A stretch of 63,144 bases of DNA, counting the filler, from Gonapodya sp. JEL0774 (taxonomy: Eukaryota), in NCBI GenBank assembly GCA_027604505.1. It is 47 parts of 47 records of this genome, joined end to end, with 100 filler letters (N's around TTAATTAATTAA, not from the genome) between each part and the next. Parts side by side here need not be neighbours in the genome. Positions count along the whole stretch, not along the records: positions 1 to 1,256 come from JADIIX010003498.1; positions 1,357 to 2,612 come from JADIIX010003499.1; positions 2,713 to 3,968 come from JADIIX010003500.1; positions 4,069 to 5,323 come from JADIIX010003501.1; positions 5,424 to 6,678 come from JADIIX010003502.1; positions 6,779 to 8,032 come from JADIIX010003503.1; positions 8,133 to 9,386 come from JADIIX010003504.1; positions 9,487 to 10,740 come from JADIIX010003505.1; 39 more parts are not named here. One strand, written 5' to 3'. The translations under genes and the position numbers were made by a program. Shown piece by piece: positions 1-11,909 of the stretch. The notes below the pieces were generated by a model. It was given only the letters and a program-made list of their open reading frames with translations. It ran no database searches and had not been told where the DNA came from. Position 1 is the first letter of the stretch, and the number at the start of each line of letters is the position of its first letter.

Positions 1-19
1 TGACGCTTCTCATTGATAG

Positions 20-364
<345 letters not shown>

Positions 365-954
365 AAGCCCACTCAGCCCCCAAGCTATCGACACTCGGCA
401 GTTCTGTTGTTGCTCAGTGGGTTCTCTTGCGAATGGATTGCATTCCGTGTGAGAAGCACCTTGCCTTTTGATTCGCCATGCGGGGGTTAAATATCGAAGG
501 CATACGGACCGGAACTACTCCGGGGCACCGAGAGAGTTCCTCTCGCCGTTCTGCTCCGCGCCGCAGCCTCCTTATGTTGGTCTCGCAATTTATTCTCAAG
601 GGTACTGTTCCCGAGAAATCACATGTTCCTGTGAAAGAAGGTGTATAGTTGGACTACACTCGCCTTATCTGAACCCAGAAATAGATATTAATGATGAGAA
701 TAATTGTTAATGATTGCGATGTCGAAGGTTGAGCATGTTGTTCTGGAGAATGAGGTGGAGGTTCGAAGTACTGTGAGTATTACAAGCACCAGTTCACGAC
801 CGAATTGTTTCCCGCGAGCTGAATCCAACTTGTAGTAAGCCCGAGAAAAAAACTCGTTGCCTGTCGCGCAGAACAGCTTCGTTGGTCAAAATCACGGGAA
901 GATCACCCCGGAGCTTTGGTGAAGCAGGTGGATTCCTGAAACCCCTCCCTCCAA

Positions 955-1256
955 ATGGTTCAACTGCCATACGAGCTACAGTACCTCGTATCGATACACT
1001 CGACTCCGACCGTTCTTTATGGCAGCCTCCGACTGGTGTCCAAATCATGGCGGAGAGCTTCGCTCGAAGCACTTCGAGTCCATTTCCGACAGCTTGTCGC
1101 GACCCAGAACTCTCGAGCACTGGCAACAGAGATATATCAGCTGAAAGGAGATGGCCATCTGCATGGGAGTTGGGCTGATTTCGGGGCGTGGATAGCAAGA
1201 ATAATCGACCCCAACGGTTGTGATTCTTCTTTGCTTGTGGACATTTGCAGAGATGT
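955..1256 (+). CDS. F-box-like protein, N-terminus
   Basis: MVQLPYELQYLV...LRLVSKSWRRAS matches the F-box pattern LPxE...LxxVSKxW; runs off the contig. Confidence 0.55.
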
Positions 1257-1356
1257 NNNNNNNNNNNNNNNNNNNNNNNNNNNNNNNNNNNNNNNNNNNN
1301 TTAATTAATTAANNNNNNNNNNNNNNNNNNNNNNNNNNNNNNNNNNNNNNNNNNNN
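1257..1356. other. Artificial contig spacer (first of 46 identical ones)
   Basis: 44 N + TTAATTAATTAA (stops in all six frames) + 44 N, recurring every ~1.35 kb; flanked contigs decrease in length from 1256 to 1234 bp. Confidence 0.99.
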
Positions 1357-2612
1357 TTGGTGGTAGTAGTGGAGGTGATGGTCGTGATGAGCATTTGATA
1401 TTCAGCGTCCCCTTGCCTGACGATCCTGCGCCTGGTTGTGACTTTTCCGTTTGGCTGAGGTTCATCCTCCTCGACGACGAGATATTCACTTCCCGGTCTA
1501 CCTTCCTTTGTAATTCTTCTGGTGTATGAGGAGGTGGTTGTCTCGGTCACAAGCAACTCCCAATACTCCTGGAAGCTTGGATCGCCTCGCCTAATGACCC
1601 TCTTTTGAACAAAGCCGGATGCATCAGGTTCGTCTTGCAATTCCAGAACCTCCGCTCCTGGAGGTCCGCGCTTCACCAGCTTTCGACGAACGATGGCGCC
1701 CGACCTGGGGTCAGTTTCTTCGAGGATAAGTTCTTCATCGGCAGACAGGCTTTTCCTGGTGGCTGATCATGGACAACATGAGGTAATCAGAAAAAAGAAC
1801 AAGATGAACTAAATGTCGGAAGTTTACCTTGGGATTTGATTACAGACGCTCCGACGGCTGCTCCTACGACAGCGGCCATTGGTGCAGCGACAGCCACGTT
1901 AGGTGCCTCCACGCCCGACTTGCTGCGTTTACTACTGGTGGACCTCCCTGTACGTTTTGAGCTCTTTGACCTGGACCGGTTGCGGCCACCCATGATACGC
2001 TCGAAGAAACCTGGCCTTTGCTCTGGTACACAGACAAAACGGTGTTTATCAGAGAGAGGACGAAACTTCAAGGAAAGCATCAAATCTTACCATCACTATC
2101 GTCCTCATCGGGCAGAGTAAGTGCAGCGATCTCCGCTGCTGGGGACGTGGGTTCTTCACCACTTTTGTTACTTTTCGTGCTTTTGCGGGAGCGGCGCCGA
2201 CCCAAGTTACTGAAGAACGCGGGAAGCTTGAAGCCCTCTCCACGAGGTTGTAGGTCTTCGTACGCTGGATTCGGAAACGTTTCAATCATGCAACTCCGAT
2301 AGCTCCACTTCACATCGGAACTTACTTTCACCTTCTGGCGAAGCTGGGTGAGGCGGTACAACTAGGTGAGTCATCACAACCAACACAAAATACGAGGGGG
2401 TCAATTTCAAAAACATGAGGTTGCTAAAATGTGCGCTACGAACTGTCTTCATTTGTGCTTGGACGTTCTGGGAAGTCCTGTGCTGCTCCCGACAATTCTC
2501 TCGTCAGATCCCGTTCGTTCCCTAGCTGCGGTGCAACATAGCCGCGGAATCCCTCAGGCGCAACCCTTGGACCAGCGGGAGGTGGAACACCTCTGTCGCT
2601 GTGCGTGGAGGT
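1357..2612 (-). CDS. Hypothetical multi-exon protein with internal repeats (fragment)
   Basis: Successive minus-strand open segments separated by short intron-like gaps; basic Ser/Arg tracts, then repeated acidic/basic modules. Confidence 0.6.
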
Positions 2613-2712
2613 NNNNNNNNNNNNNNNNNNNNNNNNNNNNNNNNNNNNNNNNNNNNTTAATTAATTAANNNNNNNNNNNNNNNNNNNNNNNNNNNNNNNN
2701 NNNNNNNNNNNN

Positions 2713-3346
2713 CCTACATCCCAATTCTCGGAGAGATCGTATTCGGATTCCACAGTTAGCCTCTTCAGATTTCCCAGCAGTGGATCAAAGATCTCCCAGA
2801 CAGCCGCGAACTCTTCATCTTCCTCCGCCACATCCCAAAGGTCTAGTGCCGTGACATCCTCGTGCAGAGACGGCTGGAGGAAGAGAGTGGCCAGGCGACC
2901 GTTATTCCATGCTGCAAAAGCAGTACCGACGAAATCGATGGTCAAGTGTCGTAGCCGTATGAGTTGCTTGGAGTGGTGTGAGAGTGCGTCAAAGGCGGCT
3001 ACCCGGAGTGGAGTTTTCCGAGAATGGTCGAACACCCATGTACGCCACAAGACAGGGAAAGTGATTTGATGCCATAGCTTACTTTGGTGTTTCGTTGCGT
3101 TTTCATACCAACAAGTTTCGGAAGTAAGAAGAGATCAATGATTCCGAATCCACATTCCGCATATTGGAATTGATTTGCCCACCTCACACGCGCACATGCG
3201 GCCAAATCCGAGTCTCTATTCAATCTCGACACGATGCGCTCAACAATCTCAGGCACGACGGCACGGGGGACCGTAGGCGACATCTCAGGTGTCGAAGTTT
3301 CGAAGGAGTGCCCGTTCTCCTGATTGACAGAATGGTTCGGAGATGA
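2713..3346 (-). CDS. F-box/LRR-like protein, 5' part
   Basis: VVPEIVERIVSRL..SDLAACARV | intron | SKLWHQITFPVLWR (F-box), followed by LRR-like LRHLTI, VTALDL, LKRLTV. Confidence 0.7.
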
Positions 3347-3605
3347 CATTTACACAGGTAGGAAATGTGACTGACGATCGTCGGCAAATGGGAGGAGCTT
3401 ACCATCTCGATGGCGCGGCGACGACGTGCGTAAGGAGTAATTCTGCGGCAGAACGACAATTCATTTATCAGCAACACGTTCAGCTCGTGTTAATCTATTT
3501 TCAATTACAGTTGCAATCTTCTCAATTGATTCTTAGTGCATATGTCAATGCTTGGGCGGGTCTGCCTACAAGAGATTATGGGGTAAGCCACAAACGCTTG
3601 CAACT

Positions 3606-3968
3606 CTATTTTGTTATCTCCATCTCAGTCAAGTTGACGCGAGATCTCATCAGCGATCGACAGACTCTGCCACGGTCATATTCAAGGGCAGTCAATGGCG
3701 CGCAACCTCCAAGTGTTAAGTCGGCAGGACCGATCATTTCCTCATTTGATGTACTTTCTGACTGTATTCCATCTTTCGCCCACATGAACAAGATTCTAGT
3801 TCGCTTCTCTTTAGCATCCATAATCGCGTCCACTTCACGTTTCTCAGCCGTATTGTGAACCACCTTAGTGTCCATCAAACTGAGAGTTTCAAGCCGTCGC
3901 AAACAGTCCAATATCCTTCCAACAGAAGAGAGGAAGCACCGTAAGTAATCTGCAAGTTCAAGAACCAC
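3606..3968 (-). CDS. Hypothetical protein C-terminus (possibly LRR-like)
   Basis: 120-codon open frame from contig edge to stop; LRRLETLSL segment. Confidence 0.4.
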   Translation of the reverse strand: MVLELADYLRCFLSSVGRILDCLRRLETLSLMDTKVVHNTAEKREVDAIMDAKEKRTRILFMWAKDGIQSESTSNEEMIGPADLTLGGCAPLTALEYDRGRVCRSLMRSRVNLTEMEITK

Positions 3969-4068
3969 NNNNNNNNNNNNNNNNNNNNNNNNNNNNNNNN
4001 NNNNNNNNNNNNTTAATTAATTAANNNNNNNNNNNNNNNNNNNNNNNNNNNNNNNNNNNNNNNNNNNN

Positions 4069-5323
4069 GCACGAACAGGGCAGGTAACGTCAGTGGTTTG
4101 GAGAAGGGGAACAGTGAGCGGAACTGTGGGGTTATTGTGTTTTGCGTAAGGGAGGGTGATGGATATTACAGGGACACCGTTGCTAAGTGTCTCCTGGACA
4201 ACGTTACGGAGGGGAAGTACACGGTGGGGGTTGTCGTCTTCCCCGTGAATGGTGAGTTCGCCTAGCCGAAAGAGGCCATGAAACGCGAAGACACAGATCA
4301 CCCAAAATAGGGCATGGTCGGGGCGTGTGGGGTTTAAACGACTATGAATTGTGCGGAGAGCGTTAATGGAGATGGGGATTGCTTGTTTGAAGGCCTTCTT
4401 ACGAGGCTCGGAACGGGTTGCTTGCAACAGCTGGAGTGTGTGTGCGTCATCGCGGGCTTCCCACAGGACCCCAAGCGCTTTGTGCCAGAACTGAGACCGG
4501 CAAGAGCTTGAAGAACTGTGGGATAATCGTGCGCAGTGGAGTATGCGCTGATGAAAGTCCACAGACCCTCAAGGGGGATGGGAAAGGAGAGGCTGCTCGC
4601 GGGCAGCCTGTACTGACGAGCAATGTTTCCATAGGAGCGAAGGTTTGAAACGTACTTGCTGAGGGTGTTACGTTGCACCGGTGTGCTCAGTAACAATGTG
4701 AGGCGGTTATGGATAGCGGGTGGAAGGGTGTGAGCGTGGGGACCAAGGCGTGAGAGGCGACGGGACGCCAGGAACTGCGGGAGGTCGGGGAGCTCAAGGA
4801 GCTCAGGGATTGTGAGGAACGGCGCCATGGGGGAAAATGCAATCTGCTAAGGGACACGACAGCCGACAGAGTAAAGCCCAGCGTTACTGTAGGAGCAGGG
4901 CACAGCAAATTGAGGAAGCGTGGGGCTAAGGCGCGAGAGCCGTGAATAAAATACGGAGAGAGTTTTCAGTAAACGGGGGAATCAGAGCGGGGGAGAAGCG
5001 GAGATGGGGGAGGGCTTTCATTGCCGCTTCATCAGATGTGGTGCGAGAGATGAGGTCGGCGACGGCATTTGTAAGACCGGGAATAAACACAAGTCGCAGC
5101 TCAACGTGCAACCTGAGCTGAGTCCAGTAAAGCTCGCAAATAAGCGAGTGGACAAGCGGGTTATTGCTAGCGCCTTTATAGAACGCCTTCACGTTGGCTT
5201 CATTATCCGTGAAGCAAATGAGACGACGGTTGCACACGTCGGTAGCAAATGTTGTGAGGGCAACCCATACCATCGCAAGTTCAAGCACTTGGATGGAGAC
5301 AGGGGTGGGGATGGTGGCCAGAT
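4069..5323 (-). mobile_element. Tyrosine-recombinase retrotransposon fragment (DIRS/Ngaro group): RNase H plus YR
   Basis: RNase H motifs LEL..V, FTDN, FIPG.TNAVADLISR (stop at 4926), then a YR ORF from ATG 4828 with AFHGLFRLGELT and LPYAK; YR frameshifted near 4491. Confidence 0.9.
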
Positions 5324-5600
5324 NNNNNNNNNNNNNNNNNNNNNNNNNNNNNNNNNNNNNNNNNNNNTTAATTAATTAANNNNNNNNNNNNNNNNNNNNN
5401 NNNNNNNNNNNNNNNNNNNNNNNGGTGTGAGTGGCCTCGCAATCACCACCTTGCGGGGAGAGTTGACAATCAAATCATTTATGTGAATCGAGCTTACCTT
5501 GCCTGTTTCTTCCTCTCTATAATTACTTTTCCCGGCCAGGTGTCGAACATGCTCCGAAGTTTTCTCCGATGGGGGGTCCTTCTACCTCAGACATGACCAT

Positions 5601-6355
5601 TTGCATAGCACCCCGACAGAATCGACGAAGGATGCTCTCGTGCAATTGGATCTACCGAAGACCACGTCGCTCGGAGTCTCTGCATCCAACTCAGATGGCT
5701 TGGCACGTTTGCATTTGGCAACTTCTGTGTCAACGCGGGAACCCGACGTGTTCGGTTCGTCTTGCGCCGAACCGTCACTTATACTCTTTCCCATCGATGC
5801 CGTTCTCGAAGCGGTGCTTTTGTCGTGCGGAGTCTCGAGTCAGGAACTGGGATCTGAAGGCTCTCCAGACCTTGCGACAACGGCCAATCCCTCCCTCGCT
5901 AAGTTTGCACTTGCCCCAGACATCACTGCTGATAACATCCACTCACCCCGATTTGATGCTGGAGGCGTCCATGCCAAATCTATCAAATGCTGCACATACT
6001 GTGGCACTGAGGAAACCCGGCACGTGAGTTTCAGGAATGCATCCAGCCCGCAAACAGTGCTCCTCCCAACTCTCACTTCGTCATCTTTGCCACCTTTTGG
6101 TCCGACGCTGCACTGCCTAATAGTGGGCAAACGGGCCTCTGCCCAAGTACCACACTCTCTGTAATAACTGCCGACTTAAATGGCGCCGGGGAACTGTGCT
6201 GAAGAACTTCCCGTACGAAAAATACTTCCGACCCCTCAAGAAGAGGGATAATGGACTTAGCAAACATGGAAAAATCAAGAAGCACGGGGTGGTGTCAGGA
6301 TCAGAAGTAGCAACGAATGGTGGACACGCAGGCGACAACCCATGGCTACATCAAA
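5601..6355 (+). CDS. GATA-type zinc finger protein (fragment; start and end uncertain)
   Basis: Removing intron 6024-6123 gives CTYCGTEETRHWANGPLPKYHTLCNNCRLKWRRG plus a basic tail. Confidence 0.8.
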
Positions 6356-6778
6356 GTGAGCCGTTGTTCTGAACCGCCTTTCCAGAGTCCTCTAATATTT
6401 CATACTCGCGGTGCGGATTTTATCCCTTTCTAAACCGTGCGCTGTAGACGACGTACGGGATTCCGTTCGACCCGCCACAGAGAAGACACACCCCCGTCAA
6501 TCGCTACCGACTCCACCGCTCCCTCCTTCTGTCACCACCGTTTCCTTCCAGTCCCACCCTAACTCTCCCTCTTCGCTCATTCTTTCTTTCCCTCCAGCCC
6601 CGTACCATCGCCTTGAAACCGGCTTGCCTCTGGGTCCACCTTTATTTAACGCCGCCATTGAACTTTCTGTCCCTGGGGNNNNNNNNNNNNNNNNNNNNNN
6701 NNNNNNNNNNNNNNNNNNNNNNTTAATTAATTAANNNNNNNNNNNNNNNNNNNNNNNNNNNNNNNNNNNNNNNNNNNN

Positions 6779-7174
6779 TGAAGGGCCTGCGTCTCCAGAG
6801 TCAAAGCGAGGGTCAAAAACATCACGACCAGAATCTACTCGGAAATTCCCCGATGCCCGCCTGGCATGGTATTGGGAGAGTTGGGATGGGTGCCTATGTG
6901 TCACCGTGGGGAGCTTGGAATCAGAGAGGAACCGAACAGGCGCTGGCCGAGCAGGAAAGTCCTCTACAGTTTGAGCTCTATGATGATCATCAGCGGTCTC
7001 CGGTCGCTCTTGAAACCCGTGTTCTCCATGAGAAAAGTCCAGGATGCTTAGTTCGATTGCAGCTGGATCCTCGATTTCCGAGTCCCACGCTTCCCCATCG
7101 TTTGATGATGGAAGCTCTACAAACGAGAGGGCTTCTGAAGAGTCCGAAGAGAATGAAGGACGGGGATCTGCCAT
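6779..7174 (-). CDS. Hypothetical protein N-terminus (disordered, acidic)
   Basis: ATG-initiated frame open to the contig edge, divergent from the ING gene. Confidence 0.55.
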
Positions 7175-7292
7175 CAGTGTTCTTGTTCAATTGCTCGATT
7201 GTCGCCGGCTCGAGCTAGTTAGTGTCAGAGTTCTTGTACACCAGTTTTGGTGGAAGCACTTTACCGTTCGTTCGTGCACGCCGTCTGGGGAT

Positions 7293-8032
7293 ATGGCAAC
7301 GTTTGACAGCCACGCTTTCCTCGAAGAATATGTCGCAAGTGGGTATGCCATCCGCCTACACCACGCACGTTGCTCGGAGCTGTTTTGCCAGGGGCTCAGG
7401 GTACATCTGTCAGATGACCACTCTGTTGAATTGTGCAACACATTGTGTCTAGCAGGTCGAAAATGCTGACCTTTGACATCATCTGTGAGGTTTGCGAGCT
7501 TATCTGGTCTGGCACGATGTGCAGAGGTGTGCTGAGAGTGCAACGCCCGCCCGTCATCCGCAAATTTGTCCAGTTCCTTCGTCAAGAGAACGAACTCATG
7601 TTTTCTGTCTATTGCTTTGCAGCTCTGGATAATCTTCCCTCCGAAGTTTCTCATCATTACGCAGAGCAGGAAGCGAAAGACCAGAGATTTCAAGGTTTGT
7701 GTATTGATATTTTAGTAGCGTCTAACAAGCTCGCGTTATGTGATGAAAGACTCCACTTTTTGACATCGCTCTCTGGTTCAAACTTCTGGCTTTATCACTG
7801 TTCCTTCGGACGGTGATGTCACCAGAGCTCCGCCAACAAATTTTGGAACGACAGCACATCGTGCTCTCTCGGGATGAAAAGCGCTACTCAGCTGATGCAG
7901 CTGGCGAACAGGGTCCGCATGTTCTGGCGCCTGCCATTGATGACCCAGTTGTGGAGGCTGCCCAGAAACAACTCCAGGACAACTTCGAGACCGCGAAGAC
8001 TATCATGACGGATAAAGTGGAACTAGCGGACA
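7293..8032 (+). CDS. ING-family chromatin protein (Yng2/Pho23-like), N-terminal domain
   Basis: Introns 7339-7622 and 7695-7825 give MATFDSHAFLEEYVATLDNLPSEVSHHYAEQEAKDQRFQEL...DKVELAD, the ING N-terminal signature. Confidence 0.85.
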
Positions 8033-8132
8033 NNNNNNNNNNNNNNNNNNNNNNNNNNNNNNNNNNNNNNNNNNNNTTAATTAATTAANNNNNNNNNNNN
8101 NNNNNNNNNNNNNNNNNNNNNNNNNNNNNNNN

Positions 8133-9386
8133 TTTGCATGGGTGAAGAGAGATAGTTACCTCCCTCAAGGATCTCAAGGCTTGAAGGTAATGCGTTGTAG
8201 AGGTATGCCACCATTGTGCTTCCTCAATGCGTTCGCTCTCTGCATCTGTTAGGCGGTGACTTCGGCAAAGCTGGGTTACAATCCACTTGAGATAGATCCG
8301 GAAGATATGACACGGTGACTATCACTGCAAGTGTTGTTTTTTACCGCACTGTAACGGACGTATCGTCGACAGCTATGCAGTCGAGAGACCCCAGACGCTC
8401 GCCCAGTACTCTGTGTCTGATGCTGTCGCTACGTACTACCTCTATATGAAGTATGTCAACCCTTTCGTGTTCTCGCTGTGCACCATCATCCCAGGCTCCG
8501 CGGATGACGTTCTCCGGAAAGGGAGCGGAACCCTTTGTGAAATGCTGCTCATGGTTTGTTGATCCCAAACCGACTTTGGCACAACTTGTTCAGTGTCTAC
8601 TTGCTCACGTCGTCTCGTGCGTCTCAGGTACAAGCATATGAGAATAATATTCTCATGCCCAATAAGTACGAAGAGAAGCGTGGAAAGCAATTTGAAGGAC
8701 ATCTGATGTACGCAGAAACTTACGTGGGCGGGCACGTCGAAGCTCTCGAAGCAGGCGTATTCCGAAGTGATCTGCCAACCAAGTTCAGAATCGTACCTGA
8801 AGCTGCGCAATCGGTTGGTTCTTCTTGCTTTATTAAGTTCGATGATCTGCCGTTGACCGTGATCATGGTGACTAGCTCATTGATCAATTAGATGGGGCTT
8901 TGAGGCATACGATCGAGGTGGAGAGTAAAATCAACATGGCCGATGTGGAAAATTACTCAGAGGTGTGTACGCACGACATTTGGTCAAGTCCGATCATTGA
9001 TACTGAACAATATTTCAGGTGCGCACCAAGATACTCAATTTGCTCAGCGACCTCCGCGATCGCCCTCTGCGATCCGAGTGCCCCTTGATATATCATTTGG
9101 ATGTCGCTGCAATGTGTAAGTGCGATGGTCACTTGATAGAATGGTTATGCATTTTGAGTTCATATGTTATGTTCCCAGACCCGAATATTATGCTTACCAA
9201 TCGGCTCCAACCGGACTCGATGGTCGACGAGAGTGTATGCGCATCCTGCGATTTCAACTCTCCCGAGTCGGAATGCCAACGAGAAATGGCCTGGTCCTGG
9301 AGGGCCGAGTACTTTCCGGCAAAGCGAAACGAAGTCAACATGTTGCGCGGGGTTCTCGAGAACGAGCAGTTCAAGGGCAAGTTTCC
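8133..9386 (+). CDS. POL2: DNA polymerase epsilon catalytic subunit (internal fragment, multi-exon)
   Basis: [89 protein letters not shown]. Confidence 0.98.
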
Positions 9387-9486
9387 NNNNNNNNNNNNNN
9401 NNNNNNNNNNNNNNNNNNNNNNNNNNNNNNTTAATTAATTAANNNNNNNNNNNNNNNNNNNNNNNNNNNNNNNNNNNNNNNNNNNN

Positions 9487-10740
9487 ACCCAGATTTGGCT
9501 AAGTGACAATTGGAGGACAGTTCATTGCGGATCAACCATCAAAAGCACCCTCTCTATATTTCCACACGTTCCGTCATCTACAGATATTATATTGCCACTA
9601 TCCCCAGTTTAATTCCAGCAAGAATAGCGTCACCATGTATCATTGCGCTGTCCTTCATTGAACGATCGCTAGGTATTTGATCCGCCGCAGTAAGGTGTCT
9701 GTGAAGCTGTAATACTATGGATGTTGGACTTGTATACATTCGTGAGAATGGCCATATACCCCATAAGTAGAACCTGATTGGTGGAATTACAGAATTTTTA
9801 ACTGAGAGAGGTTGACAAAGTTGGTAGGAAATTCTGCGACGACGTTTTGGAGTTGTGTGCCCCCGTGCAGATCGCCCGTGATGAGATGCCATCAAGGAAT
9901 AAGGTTGCACCGGCTCTTGAGTCAACCCCGGAACTTTCAGAATTTTCTCGGGCACTTTCTCGCTGCCGAATTTGCCTTATAGATCTCGCCTATGGCAAAA
10001 GGAAAATGTTTGGACTCGCAATTGGAAATCAGCAGGAACCAGGAGACAAGACCTGCGAAGCAAAGGGCAGCCGGGAACAGCCGCGGAAGACTGAGATCAT
10101 CTGGTCAGGTTGGAGAGACTCGATATGATTGAAACAGCACTTTGGTTGAACGAAGTGAACATGTGTTTATATGGATGACCTCATCTTTCCCTCGTTGTAC
10201 GTGACAGTCAAAACCGGATGGTGAACTAAACAAGCGGGTCCTCGAATACAACTGGAGGTTCTAGAAACAGCGGGACATCCCCTTGTATCCGCTGCACTAT
10301 GATAGAGGAACCTTTGGGGCTCCAAGCTTCGGGAATAATGGATGCACCGTTTGTCGAAGCAACGCAGACCGCCGGCAAGTGCCAGGACGATCCGCGAGTT
10401 TCCTCATGCTGAGTTTTGCCGCGGCTCGAAATGAGGGGAGGGAGCTCTAGTCGCGAACCGTATCTATCTTCTCTGGAGATTCCACCGCCGTTGTTGACAA
10501 CATCTGGCCCAGTCACATGAGGTTTGGAGCTCATACACAACTTTGATCGCAGAAAAAATTCAGCATGATCTCATTGCTCACTCATGTTATCCTCTCTTTG
10601 TTGATTGGACCCTCCGAGACGTTCAAACCTTTCAGCTGCAGTTGATGGAGACATGAGTTCACTACGGGAGGAGAGTCCATGCTGCACTCGAACTTCTTCT
10701 CGTAGCGAGTCCCTGTCTCTGTTGGAGTGATTGCTCACAC
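9487..10740 (-). CDS. Hypothetical multi-exon protein (fragment)
   Basis: Several minus-strand open segments flanked by plausible splice sites; no motif recognised. Confidence 0.35.
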
Positions 10741-11015
10741 NNNNNNNNNNNNNNNNNNNNNNNNNNNNNNNNNNNNNNNNNNNNTTAATTAATTAANNNN
10801 NNNNNNNNNNNNNNNNNNNNNNNNNNNNNNNNNNNNNNNNCTCGAGATTACAAATGTTGGATGTCGCAGCACCGCGACTCGGAGCACTGTGGTCGGTGCC
10901 CAATCCAACATACCGGCTGAGTGCGCAGTAGTGCGCAGTACTTTAGGGCGAATAGTCATTATATAAAGCGAGAGAACTACTTTGTATTTGGAGAGAGCAT
11001 TACAAGATAAGATTT

Positions 11016-11909
11016 CTATACTGGTGAAACTCTGCCCGACAATCCTACATCCAAACCCCGAACTCTGAACCAGCGCCCGACACTGTTAACAACAAAAGCA
11101 AAACTTTTTCGCCTACAGATGACCACTTGCGGGATTTTTGATCTCTCTGCAGGCCCTTCTGTTGTGCCGCTCTTTCCCTGATCTATACTGGGCAGAGCTT
11201 CAGCCATTACTTCGATTGCAATTTTGAGGTTTTTCGGCGGGTAAGAAGGTCCGTGCTTGCAGTCGGTTTTCAGATTGTATTCGTTCATCAATGCTTCCAG
11301 AGACAGACCTGATAAGAATTCGCGGGTGAGGGTTTTGGCTCTCCAAGATTTTGATGTGAGCGGAGAGCACCACACCCAAGCACATGATTTATACTCGAGT
11401 GAAGCTTCAAATATAGCCATAGAAGCTCATCGAGACAGTCAATTAAGTCCCGATTTAGGTTGTCGAATACACCGGGTCCTGTTCTGGGCATATGTGTTAT
11501 GTACAAGCGATTATGAGTTATGGCCCCATTCGTTCAAGTTCTGCGCTCTGACAATGCTTCTTATGGATTGACCTGTCCGACTTTTGACTGCGAGGAATAG
11601 TTGTGTTGCATGTCAATATCAAGGTCTTGGGAGAACACAATGGACACACCCAATATTGCACCGGAAGCCCCCAACTCACCATTCTGCACTACAGTATCGA
11701 ACCATTTGGCACCTCGCACACCTAGAAAGAGAGAAAGATCGCGCGGATCTTATCAACTGAAACACAAATATCACCGGATCAGGGACATGTGAGGAAACTT
11801 GCCTTTTCAGAGCCTTACTCTGTTTCGGTACTTGAACCAAGCACCTCTAGCACCGCGACGTTTCAAATAAGCTGATTGCTCTTGGCTTCCACACCTTGAC
11901 TGATAGCAT
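11016..11909 (-). pseudogene. MYND zinc-finger gene, probably disrupted
   Basis: Spliced C*RC...KRCARCQMVRYCSAECQKSDRSIHKKHC (GC-AG intron 11722-11802, GT-AG intron 11588-11679); in-frame TAG in the first CxxC, W>R in DW, stop shortly after the finger. Confidence 0.65.

Noticed and set aside
365..760. Structured ncRNA (SRP, RNase MRP/P) on the minus strand
   Set aside because: Partial look-alikes (AGG..AGCAG; GCCCC/GGGGGC) lack the GNRA loop and the GAAAG CR-I context; would need an Rfam cmscan hit.
1301..1312. Regularly spaced TTAATTAATTAA as a biological repeat or CRISPR-like array
   Set aside because: It is a six-frame stop linker embedded in N runs; ORFs ending in X...LIN are artefacts of it.
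10854..10911. Imperfect hairpin downstream of the MYND gene as a SECIS/recoding element
   Set aside because: No AUGA/GA quartet, and the in-frame stop is TAG, not TGA. I saw no in-frame TGA at a conserved Cys position anywhere in the window, although selenoproteins are reported in a few early-diverging fungi.
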